NCBI GenBank assembly: GCA_951406725.2
Contig: OX597821.1
Location: 14,694,001-14,758,000 of the forward strand
Length of the DNA stretch: 64,000 bases
DNA from: Octopus vulgaris
Lineage: Eukaryota
Direction: 5' to 3'
Shown here: positions 38,870 through 51,545 of the stretch, one piece after another
Numbering within the stretch: the first letter of the stretch is position 1
Layout of the letters: each line of letters starts with the position of its first letter
Program-made: the position numbers and the translations under genes
The notes under the pieces: model-generated
Seen by the model: the letters and a program-made list of their open reading frames with translations, nothing else
Told to the model about the DNA's origin: nothing
Database searches by the model: none

Positions 38870-39450
38870 AATTTGTAATTTACAGAATGAAAGCAAATGG
38901 AAATTGATATGTCGCACAAAATATAGGGAAGCTAAATAGAATTTCATTTGGACTATCCATACATTTTACTTTAGTGAATTCTAGATGTTAGCAGATAGTA
39001 ACATTTATCTTAGCTTAAAATATACATATCAACTAGTCGCATTTTACTGGCAATAGAAAGCTTATTCTTGTTCGACTGTAGCACAACATTGAATTGGTTA
39101 AAATATGTGAAGTATGTTTTCTTCCCTAGTTTATCGAGCTATTTAAAAGTTAATCATAACATGTCTATAACATTTCTGAATTTAGAACTAAACAATGATA
39201 TGAATTAAATAAGTTAAAAATAACGTTTGTTACTATTCAATAAATCTTTAGATGTTTTTTATGCTTAGCTAATTGATTATATCGGATCTCAAATTTATTA
39301 AAAAATAATAAGCAGATATTCCTTAAACTTCCTACAGATTATTTCGATCTATGATAAAATGTCTCACTTCTTAAAATGTTTTATAAATAAATGCTAGGTT
39401 ATATCATGCTGATGATTTCTAAAAAGAATGAGATAATGCTATACATGATT
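38870..39450 (+). mobile_element. Degenerate Penelope-like 3' end (GIY-YIG remnant plus hammerhead-like motif)
   Basis: VIYRMKANGN*YVAQ at 38875 resembles the GIY-YIG VIY...YVGQT; hammerhead topology at 39403-39449. Confidence 0.4.
39403..39449 (+). ncRNA. Type I minimal hammerhead-ribozyme-like motif (mutated core)
   Basis: ATCATG-CTGATGA-TTTCT-aaaa-AGAAT-GAGA-TAATGCTA-T-A-CATGAT; perfect 6-bp stem I; GAAA reads GAGA. Confidence 0.5.
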
Positions 39451-42282
39451 ACCACCGATTAGAATTATTCACAACTTCGTAAGAGAAAACAAAACCAAAC
39501 AAAAATTAAGTATGTGAATTGTATGCATCTTTTCCCTTGTAGTTCTCTAATTTCAAATTGAAATTTCAAATACCAGATATTATGAAGAAATGATTATCTA
39601 TCTTGTAATAAATGCGTCCACTAGGAGAAAACAAGTTTAATGAATTACTTTCTATTTGATTTATAAAATAATTATCGTACAGTTCTCTTTCTCTTACACA
39701 AAGAACAAAAATGTAAAGAAACAATAACGCCGGAATCTTAAGAAAAATGAGAAGTTTACAAATATAAAACTTCCTTTTGCAAGTTCTAACAGTGCACGGG
39801 AATATATTTTCCAGTTGGGATTAAATGTAACTAAGTTCGTTATATTTTGTTATTCATTCGTTACTTATAGATCTAACTCGAACTGTTATGTTTTAATTGT
39901 GTGACCAATAAATTTGACGTGAGGATTTTATTGCATTTTCCTTTAGATTTTGTGATGAAATGAGCTCAATGATGATAAATCAACACAAATGTCTAATAAA
40001 TCTAGAGATAAAAAATACATAAAACTGAAATTTGCTGAAGAAATGTTCTATTTAAAGCTTATTAGTGAATAAAAACTGATTCTTTATTGCCCATCGTCAG
40101 AGATGGTGAACTGAAGATTAATATCAAATCAGAAGGGCGTTCATAATTCGCATTATACCTTGTTCTTGTTTGGCTTCAAGTCAACCATGATCAAGTACAT
40201 CTATTATTAAAGGCATTCTAATCGTGACTCTTTCGTTTTTTTAAAGACAGCAGTGAATAGTTTGAGCGTGATTTATTTACATTTTCATGAGGCTCGCCGA
40301 CTCGTTCAATTAGTTACATTATGTGGCACAGAAAGTTTCTTAAACCATCCAGTAGAATAGGCAAAAGACTCGATCTTCATTAGTTTATCCTGAGAAAATC
40401 AGCTTATTGAATCCCATTCCTCTCTAAGCTTTACATTCCCGAACTTAGCACAGCAATTAAATCACGTGTTGATTTACTGGTGCTGCCACTGTTTACAACG
40501 GTGGATTGCTTTTACACAACGGTAACTATTTTTAGAGCAATGAAAGATTTGACCATAGATACAACAGTGGCAATTACTGGGCAGAAATTACTGATTATTT
40601 CAACCTACATACTCTTTCTGAGTTCATGAATTTATGAAGGTAAATTTATCTGCCTATAATTTCATCATTAACTGAGAAATGTTTCAAAATTTCCATGAAA
40701 CTTAGGGTTTGATTTATATTCATATTATCTCGGATGACTTCCCTATCCCTATAGAGAAGTTGGGATTTCAACGAAATCAGATTGGATTACCGAACCGATT
40801 GAGAACGGGTTCAGTACAATTTGTGGTGCTTAGTTTAGGACCGTGTGCCTAGTTTAAAATAAATTATTATCATTATTATCATTAATTAAACCTGCATCAT
40901 TGCTCAACTGGTACTTATTTTATCGGCCCCAAAAGGATGAAAAGCAAGATCGACTCCGGTGATATTTGAACTCAGAACGTAAAGCGGAAGGAATATCGCT
41001 AAGCGTTTTTGTTCTATGTGCGAACGATTTTGCCAGACCGATCTGCTCGACTGCAGTATTTTCTCTTTTTATGTTAATAAATATAACAGCATTAACTGTA
41101 ACTCTAGAACCCTAAAGCAACCATCCTACAGTGTACTGGGCTAACTTTTTTATCGGATCTTTTCCTTCGCTTTTAACCTGTCCAGAGTTTTCAAACTGAT
41201 AAGTGCAATATGTTATATCTTGGGAAGGTAATTAATTTTTCTCATAAAAACAAAGGTTCCTGCCCTGGTAAGATACAACAGCATCTGTTTCAAAATATTA
41301 CTTTACATCATAAAGGCTGCAAGTCAAAAAGCGTTAAAACAATCTTTTGCTTTAATACATATGTATGTATATAAATGTATTTATTATCAGCATTTTTAAT
41401 ACGACAAACACATGTAAAACCAATTACTCCCCACAGAGCAGTGACATTAAGAACAACAGAACTCATGAGAAATTATTTTGAAGTTGATAAAATAATCTCA
41501 GTTATACACTGAAGCCGGCTGAATCTGCTACACTCCCACTTATTTCGCTAAAAGCCATGAAAACTATAAAGGCATTACGAGCGAGCAACACAGAGAGCGG
41601 AGGTAGGGAGTATCTGATATAGGGATTTCAATCAATGTCAAGAGTCACTATTGTTGTTCAGCATCAAAGGCAAGGTAGAATCTAATATATTTAGCACTGA
41701 TTGGTCATAATGATGTAGCAATGATTGGGTAATGTTATTTGCATATATAATTTCCTGTGGAGTGTATGAAACAAATATTTTCTTACAGATTACGGTTCAT
41801 ATTTAAAAGTATATTTTGGGCTATAATTTGCATTTGCATGTATGCAATATTTTTGTTTTGATCGGAATATTTGTGGAATTTTTACGGTTTACGAAAAAGA
41901 AGCAAAGGAAAAAAAAAAAAAAAAGCATCAGAACACCATATTAATAACTATACCGATTTCCGGGCGTTCAACGCAGCCAAACATAATTTCAATTTTGCTA
42001 TTCATCTGGCTTTACTTGGTTAACTATTGATTTTGGGGAAAACAATATATCTAATTTGGAAGGAATACAGGATCCTTTGGACAGAGTTAAGCTTACGTTA
42101 AGCAGAAGCTGTGGTCAGGTTTCGATTTATAACCTGAGTCATTTTTACTTCCAAGGGGCTCTTCGGCAACGCATGAATTTCAGTATATCAATTATTTAGT
42201 CGTTTAAGTAACTCAGTTTATATGGAGAAGTTGACGTTGATAACTGTTAGAAAGGTGATTATGAATGATGGGATATCTATCC

Positions 42283-43130
<848 letters not shown>

Positions 43131-43194
43131 TAGTATACATATATGTTTGTGTGAGTGTGCGTGTGTGATTGTGTATCTATATGTATGTATATCA

Positions 43195-43505
43195 GCCAGT
43201 TTCCACCTTTCAGTTCTTTGATCAACTGATTAACGTGTAGGTGACCGATCATTCTACAGACACGTGTAGCCATAACGTAATTCTCAAGAATCAGCGTGAG
43301 AGTGTGGCATGGCTGGACCTTTAAATTGTAGGTACAGAACATCCACCAGCTTCGACACAGTTTCTGGCAACCCTGTTCCACTTATAAAAATGTGTGTTCA
43401 CTCGTGGTTATTGAAAACTGCACTTGTCCATGGTGCCTATGCTTTTTCGTTTGCACGCAGGATCTCAGGATTGCGATGCGAGCACCTGAAATATTCAGCT
43501 ATACG
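43195..43505 (-). mobile_element. Degenerate SINE family D relative
   Basis: CAGACACGTGTAGCCATAACGTAATTCTC...CAGCGTGAGAGTGTGGCATGGCTGG aligns to 57000-57085. Confidence 0.6.
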
Positions 43506-44563
43506 TATGTATGTATTTGCATGTGAACCTTTGTGTGTAAATATAATTCTTTCTTCCTTTTGCGAAAATTTATTTCGACTTCATAACTTAAACTAAATAA
43601 TTTTCAAATATTATATATAATTTATAAGCTGGAGTTTGATTTGATATTTGTCAATGTATGATGACATTCACACTCAGTCTTGCTCTCACGTACACATAAA
43701 TGCATGCGTATGTATATTTATCAGATAAACACTCAATTTCAGATAAATTCTAACATTTTCAGGGAAAGAAATGTTCTACCAGAACAATGAAACAGCCCTG
43801 ACAAAAATGGAAATAATGTCTCGTTTTGAATGTTTCTTTTATATTTTTGGTAGTGTTTTTGCTTATTTCATTTAGTTTACTTTAATAACATTGAGATAAA
43901 CAAATATATTTGTTGTTACCATTTTCCACGAAATGTAATTGCTGGAAATTAGATTTGGTTATTTAGACTGTAGTGGTAGTATTGGTTGTAGTAATGGTGG
44001 TAGTATTGGTGAAAGCAAATGAAACTACGGTACAAAATTTAAATATATTTAAGTGGGAATTTATTTTCGTATAGTGACACTGAATTGTATTTACAGGCAA
44101 TAAGTTAAACCTTCATTTATTTTAATCGAAGAGCAAAGAATTTTAATGAAAATGAAGAAAAGACGGAGAAGTAAATGCCAGAAATGGGGGAAGAAGTAAA
44201 TGGCAGAAAGAAGAGAAAGCTGGAAACTATTTGTTTCATTGCAATTTGCTGCAATGTCCTAATGAGCTTCTGATACGATGGCTTCGTTCTGTTTTTGTAT
44301 ATGTTTTCGTAACCAGTTTGCCTGCTGGCTTTATTTCGTATTATGCTCCTAAGCCTCCCTCTTTCTTCACTTGACTTAACTATATTTAGAAAACGATAAA
44401 AGACAAATATATCAATGAGCGAAAATGTTTCTTGTTATTTCTTTTATTTAGCTATCAAGTATTTGTAGATAGTCGCTTCATCCTTTTATTTTTGTTTTTA
44501 CTGGATTCAGTCTTCGGACTATGGGTCATGTAGAAGCAACATTTTAAGAGATTTTATCGATTA

Positions 44564-44912
44564 CTAGCAGTATCGCCCGGCGTTGCTCGAGTTTGTAAGG
44601 GAAATAACTATATAAGCATTTTTAGAGATGTAAAGTATAATAGCCATCTCAATATGGCTAACCACAAAGGGGGGGGGGGGGGGTTACTGTATCTTTTTAC
44701 GTTCTGAGATTTACTAATAATTTTTAGAGAGTTACTTCCCTTATATATGCCAAAAATGCATTAAAAAATGGGAAAAATTGATGGTAAATTTTTTTTTAAA
44801 TCGTAGACTCATCGTAGACGCGCGCTAATACCCAGAAGGGGTAAACTGCACCGCAAAATGTGGGAGTAGTTAGGAGACAGACAGCACACAACCTCTCTTT
44901 TATATATAAAGA
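44564..44912 (-). mobile_element. Non-autonomous Helitron (variant interior)
   Basis: Same termini as the 35074 copy: CTAG end with hairpin, TC start, A|T insertion. Confidence 0.88.
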
Positions 44913-46331
44913 TATCGTCTCCAGTTCATGTAGACTTGTGAATCCATCTTGCTAATTTACTAATAGTATACTGTGGGTAAAACTCCAGCAACCTTTATGT
45001 TAGGACTAGTTCCGCAGCCTTTAGTATTCATATTCCATTTTGCAAGGCAGCAGCTTCTTTTGAGTCCGAGTGTTGATAGTACGTACATCAGGCTCACAAC
45101 ATCAAATGGCTTAGGTATAAGACGAAAAAAGTTTTTGGACACATTCACCCCGTCTATACTATTATTACTCAACGCAATTATAGGAGAGTGATTTTGCTAA
45201 CCGTTACTTTTGGGCTACACAATAAGCAATTTCTAATGTTATATTTCGGACATAGAACTAAGACATCTCAACCACTTTTATACTATTAGTACAAACACAT
45301 GACATAAATAATTGTGGATCTGTAAAGCTAATGCAAGAAAATTCCTGACTCAATGTTGCGAAACACATCGGTTGTGACCACTTAAAGAAGACGTGTGGAC
45401 TGATATTTATTGTACAGACCTAGGATGATATCAGGCATCTCAAACTGGGGTGAGGAGTCTGGGGGCTAAAAGTAATATCGACCTAAGTAATGAAAAGCAA
45501 ATACGAAGTTAAGACGATTCAAAATAAAGTTCCTTAACAATTGATCATTACAACTTCCCATCTCAATAGATTGTGTTATTATACCGATCTTAGCTCCCTT
45601 AAATTCAATTAACAATCACAACGAATGTATCTCTGTGATTGTCAAGTATGTGACGAAATTTACCACAACCATAAAGTTATGGATGAAATTTTAATAAGAT
45701 CGAAGACAGACCACGGTAACAAATCATGTTAGCGGCAAAATGATTATTAAAGTATTAATGAAACATAACTGGTTGGCAACGTTGATTCCAGAGGAAAGAT
45801 AAAATATTACAGTTTAGACAAAGGAATATTAAGTTCAAGAGGATAAGTTAACTCATACTGTAAAGAATTTGGCTAATTTTCTTCATACTGAAATCAGTTG
45901 CTCAGTTTTTCCTGAGTTCAAATCTAAGATTGACTTTATCTTACGTTTCTCTGAATTCAGTAAAATTAATTCCTCCTATTAAAATCGATTATTTTTCTCC
46001 CTTTAAAACCGATACAATGAAAAGATACATTACTTAATGCTAACCGTAGAGATGATGACATATAGGACTCAATTCTATATGAAATAAATAATATATCTTA
46101 CGCAAATGTACGTTCCTTTCCCGACAAGACTGGTCTAAAATCTAATGATGATAAATTAATATTGTTGTTCTTGTTTAAAATACTGTCAATTTGGAATTGT
46201 CAATGCTGGAGTTTAGTTTGCTACAGCTACTACAAACATTAGAAAAAGAAAAAAAACATAAGACTTCAATATTTTTCTGAATGAAACACATCCAGTCAAT
46301 ATGGTCTGCATTATTATTATTTCTGCAAGCA

Positions 46332-46422
46332 AGTAATAATAATAATAATGATGATGATGATGATAATGATGGTGGTGGTGATGATGATGATGATGATGAC
46401 GACGACGACGATGATGATAATA
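46332..46422. repeat. Compound trinucleotide repeat (AAT)(GAT)(GGT)(GAC)
   Basis: Direct inspection. Confidence 0.9.
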
Positions 46423-46661
46423 AAAGCGTCATTGTCGACCACTATTATCCTCATTGGAAATAAATGCATTAGGCATTAATATTAATGAAACATTAGAATT
46501 ATTTTAAAGACAAAATAACGCTTTTTATCTAATGATCTGCTGACCATTGTTTTATACTCCGTCGTTTGCCGAACCGACCTCCATCATGTACTTTTGCTTT
46601 TTGCATAATTGCTTGAGTTTTTAATGATACTTTTCAAATCCCCCCTATACACACGTGTATG

Positions 46662-46740
<79 letters not shown>

Positions 46741-46931
46741 TTTTTATACAATAAACTCAAAGGACACAAGACCGCTACACAAACATATTCTTGCAAATAT
46801 TGTCCAAAGTGTGCGGAGTATTTATGAATGCACTTTAGTGGACCATGACTAGAAAACGACTTAAGCTAAATACTGCTTGACAGCGCCAGATTTTTGCTTT
46901 CTTATCTTTCATATGTATCAACGGTATTAGC

Positions 46932-47520
46932 ATGACAGATAGCAATCTGGCACAGCAAATGAAAAGTCATTCCTTGCTCGAAGGTGGAGCCACTAATTAC
47001 AGTGACCCGACAATCGCCAGCTTTTTGAACGTGACTGCGCACTTCGTGTTCAGATTCGAGAAAGAGCTGGAAATGTCTAGCAAGGACATGTCATTCTTCA
47101 TCAAAAGAAAGAAGCATTATCAAGGATGAAACTTCACTAAGGCCATCGAGTTTGTCCAGCAGGTCGAGCACATTATCAGCAATTCCAGGAGGTCAGTGAA
47201 GGTAATCACCGAGTCTGCCAATACATTAAGCACAAGTCCTACATCTAGGGAAGAATGCGGTTCATGCCCGGAAAGACTCAAGAGAAGCGTGTGATCATGT
47301 GACTTCTCTCCACAATGCGGCATCATGGCGCACTTGATTTGAACCCCATAGACTGCAACATTAGGAATGTCGTCAATAGGGACCGACCGGCAACCACTCT
47401 GTGCTAAGGACTTACTGGCGGCTGCCGTGAATGTGGTGAACGTTTCAGATAGAACCATCTAATCCTAGCTTGTAGTCGCTTCTATCGACGCATCGGGGCC
47501 GAGAGCAGTTTTGTTGAAAT
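46932..47520 (+). pseudogene. Degenerate, internally deleted mariner/maT-like (DDxD) transposase remnant
   Basis: N-terminal HTH-like IASFLNVTAHFVFRFEKEL; GATTTGAACCCCATAGAC = DLNPID near 47336 (cf. SPDLNPLD); C-terminal HLILACSRFYRRI. Confidence 0.55.
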
Positions 47521-50240
47521 GCTTGTTTCTTTAATGTATATAGTAGGGAGAATGTTCCATTTTTCTGGAAATAATTTTTTTTTATATTTCTGCTTGGTGC
47601 CTTTTTTGTTTTCTCGGTTGCCTATTACATCCGCTATATAAGAGTAAAGTAATTTGGGACTTGAAAAGAAGAAAATTATATTCATATTAGAAATATCTTT
47701 AGAAGCTCCTCTAAAATAATAACTAATTGCTATTGTACCGTTCAAAAGAGAAGTGTAACTCTGGAATATACTGATAAAAACGAACCAATGTAGCTTTCTT
47801 TTTGGAGATTTATATCAATAGATGTGTATTTACGACGCAGATGAAGATTTCTGTTAAATAACTGTTAATCATACGGTAGTAAATCAGTTCTAATTTGGTG
47901 TGCTCTTTAGCCTTTCGATTCATTCAATAACATTTAGAAGTAGTTCAGCGACCAATAATACATGCTATTATACTAACCAATAATACAAACTGTTATACTG
48001 ACAAGCGATCTAGAGCATCTTACGTAGTTCTCGTTTCAAAGAGATGAAGACTTTTAAAGATATTGATGACCAGTTTCCATTTGAATTGTAACCAACTGTA
48101 TGAATGAGAGACAGATGGATAGAATATTTTAACGTCAAAAAGACGAGTAAACATACATGCATTCCTTGGGGTGCAAGAAATGACTGAATGTTTTGACTAA
48201 ATGAACTGCATTATTTAGTTTGAATCCAGAATTTAAATCTTACTTTGCTCAACTACGCTTCATGTAAACTGGATAGCTAAAACAAGCTGCAGTAATATTC
48301 ATTCAACGGTACTAGTGTAAAAAAATGCTTATCCTCAAGAAGAAATCATAGATAATTCCGCTATCTTACGTTCTATAACATAACTCTGTCACTGAGCGTG
48401 ACAGATCATGTCATAGGTGATAAGACAATGGAGTTCTATTTGACCTGCCAGATCTTTTGACATTATTTCAGCTAAGAAGACTTCTCTTTGATATCACTAA
48501 GAATTTGGATTACTTCATTAAAAAAAAATCATGCAGAGCCCATGGCTCTTTATAGAAGGCTCAAGACTGGCTGGAGGAAAGCAACAAGGTACTCTGAAAC
48601 CGGAAATCTGATCCGAATACTTGCAACATCCACGCTGACCGGTGGTACTATTCAATCGTGTGACGGATTAAGTCAACCACCCAAGCAGGTTATAATGGAA
48701 TTTGAATCTTAAACGCAAAGAGCCACGACAACTACGGCAAGGCAAGACATGCAGTCCGACGTTCCATCGGCCTAGACTGGTACTTTTTTATCGACTCCAG
48801 AAGGACGAAATATGAACTTAGCCTCGGTTGATTAACGCAGAATAGAGAGTCGGAACAAAAGCCGTGATGCACTAACGATTTTGCTTGTTCACATTTTAAA
48901 ATGAGTAGGATTCTATATTTAACGAAAAAAAATTCGAATCCAGCAATGCGAACAATTGAGCGTTTCGTGTGGAGAGACCTTACATACTTTACTGAAGTCC
49001 TCAAGCCCTCTTTGCTTCGACAAGTCACTTTATAGCACATGACAGTAACTCCCAAATAAATCAAAGCCGTTTCATTATATGGAATTTAGTTTTCGAAATT
49101 CTATTTATTGATCAAGTTGATACAATGGGACACAAGTCATCACAATTGTCATGTATAATAGAAATTAACTACAGTTAGTAAATTTAACTCAGAGTTTAGT
49201 AGTTCTTCAGACATTGCTAATTGAGTTCGGTAAATAAATAAAAAAAAATGTAATTAAGTTTGGTAGACCTTTAGACATTTCTTATTAAGTTCCAATTTTA
49301 GATATAAACGGATTGATTACGATGTTGCAGTCATTATATATTTGTAATATATAGGATATAACTTCAATTGATATTATTACCAAAATAACAAATCGACTTC
49401 AGATTCTTGCCATAAATAAGCTGTTTTAATTGGCCGATATTTATATATGGGAATACAAATGATTTGTTCGCTTATCAAATCAATCTCAAAGGTTGCCAAT
49501 ATAACTGGAATCAATTTGAGCATTCCATTAATGTAAATTCTTGGTTTTAGGTTTTCATTTATAACTTTTTAAAACAACAGTTCAGTGATGTCTGCAGAAT
49601 GTACATACGTCTGTATATATCATTCTATTTCTTGTGAGTGTGTGTGTGTGTGTGAGCGCGCATGCGGGGGGGGGGGGCGCTCACTTGCGTTTTGTCAGCA
49701 ATTAAAAAGTTTAAACAGCTTATATACGAGTGAATCGAACGTCACCCAGGTGTATGTGTAAAGTTTTTTTTAGTTACTTGTTTCATGAAAATATGAATTA
49801 AAATAAAATAAGCGAGAAATTAACGAAAATTATCCTGGAAAAGAAAAAGAAAACAGAGGTAAAAACAACTTTGACAAATGTTAAATAATGATTATTTTAT
49901 ATACGCCATATCTCCTGATATTACTCACGGCGGCAAAAACATAGTCACGATGTTACCCGAGGTTACCAGATAAACACTCTAGTACATACGCATATTTATC
50001 GAAGTCACATTCTTTCATTTACAGAGACATTTATACGCAATCACACGTGCCGTTTTAAGTGCGTGCGCGTGAACGGCGTTTCATTGTGTGTGGGTAGACC
50101 TTTTATTCTAAGTGGCACTGTTTTAGGGTTTCTGTTCGAACGGGTTTTCGCTCTCTACACAGGAATTAATTCTAATGACCATCCAAAGTTTTCTTATTGT
50201 TAATGTTAAATGATAAGGATTATAACACACTAAAACTATT

Positions 50241-50320
50241 CGGGGTCGAGTTGCTCGATTAAAGGCGGTGCTCCAGCATGGCCGCAGTCAAATGATTGAA
50301 ACAAGTAAAAATAAATAAAA
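50241..50320 (+). mobile_element. SINE family A, tail-only copy
   Basis: CGGGGTCGAGTTGCTCGATTAAAGGCGGTGCTCCAGCATGGCCGCAGTCAAATGATTGAAACAAGTAAAA. Confidence 0.88.
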
Positions 50321-51328
50321 TGATAACGGTAGGAGCCTTATTTAGTGGGCTCTTTTACTCTCCTTTTTTTATTATTAGTATATGCCGTTATATTTGAAAT
50401 TTTGATGAAATATTCTATGAAGAAATGATAAAGTAATAAAAAGTTAATCTCTTGAAGTAACTTTTCCTTGCAACTGCAAATGATAATTAAATAAAATGGG
50501 AATCTTTCCAAAATAAACAGACTTAAACGAAAATCTTTTTCAAAATATCGCCATATTTAAAGTAATTAAAACACTATAAATTTTGGCAGAATACAAAATT
50601 ATGATTTTTCACTTTCACCATAAACAGTAAATTTTGGCCACTTGCAGGGTGTTATTGCGGATGAGCTACTTGTCTTTTTGTTTGGTTATGTTTTAGTTTA
50701 TTCATGTTCTTACTTATTATGTTTATTATTATTTTGTTAATACTGTTGTTGCTGCTCGGCGTATGATTTGCTGTCTGAAACTATAAATAAATTCTAATGT
50801 TTTTGCTATCCATTGGCTTTTTCCTCCTTTTTTCTCTCTCATCTAGCTCGCTTGTTTTAAATTGATCTTGTGGTCAGTATATGATGCCGCATTAATTCTA
50901 GGTGAATGCAATATGAAGGATGATTTTAATTCTCGAAATTAATAGATTCATTTACGGCATTAAAATGTTGAGAAAGACATAATAACACAGCTTTTATCTT
51001 TTCTTCGTCGTCCAACTGTGTGCTTTGCATTTAATTAGTAAGTCGTCATTACTCTAATCAACATTCGAATGGATAATATGAGCTTAGCTTTTTCGCCGTC
51101 TGATTGGACATGAGCTAACAACCTATCATATGTAGTGTAAAAATAAGTTGATACATACTGCATGCCCAGTTTCCCTGAGAGTATGAATGACCATGGGATT
51201 GCGCCTAGAAAGTTACCCGGTATTGTCAAAGTAAAAGCAGGCAGCGTCTACAAACTTTCATAGTATCCAGATGAGGGGAAAAAGAAATCAGAGAGTTATC
51301 CTCAGACAGTATAACGGACCTATAGTCT

Positions 51329-51545
51329 AGCAGAAACGTTAGCGCGCCGGGCGAAAGGCTTAGCGGTATTTCGTCTGTCGTTACGTTCTGAGTTCAAATT
51401 CCGCCGAGGTCAACTTTGCCTTTCATCCTTTCGGGGTCGATAAATAAAGTACCAGTTTCGCACTGGGTCGATATAATCGACTCAATCCCTTCGTCTGTCC
51501 TTGTTTGTCCCCTCTATGTTTAGCCCCTTGTGGGCAGTAAAGAAA
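51329..51545 (+). mobile_element. SINE family B, tail type 1, slightly 5'-truncated
   Basis: GCAGAAACGTTAGC...TAGCCCCTTGTGGGCAGTAAAGAAA. Confidence 0.9.

Noticed and set aside
46281-46463. Poly-N/D/G ORF
   Set aside because: Compound trinucleotide microsatellite
51266-51320. CAGATGAGGGG...ATCCTCAGACAG, and CTGATGAATCT...AGATGAAG at 51606, as hammerheads
   Set aside because: Core nucleotides are wrong and stems I/III could not be built
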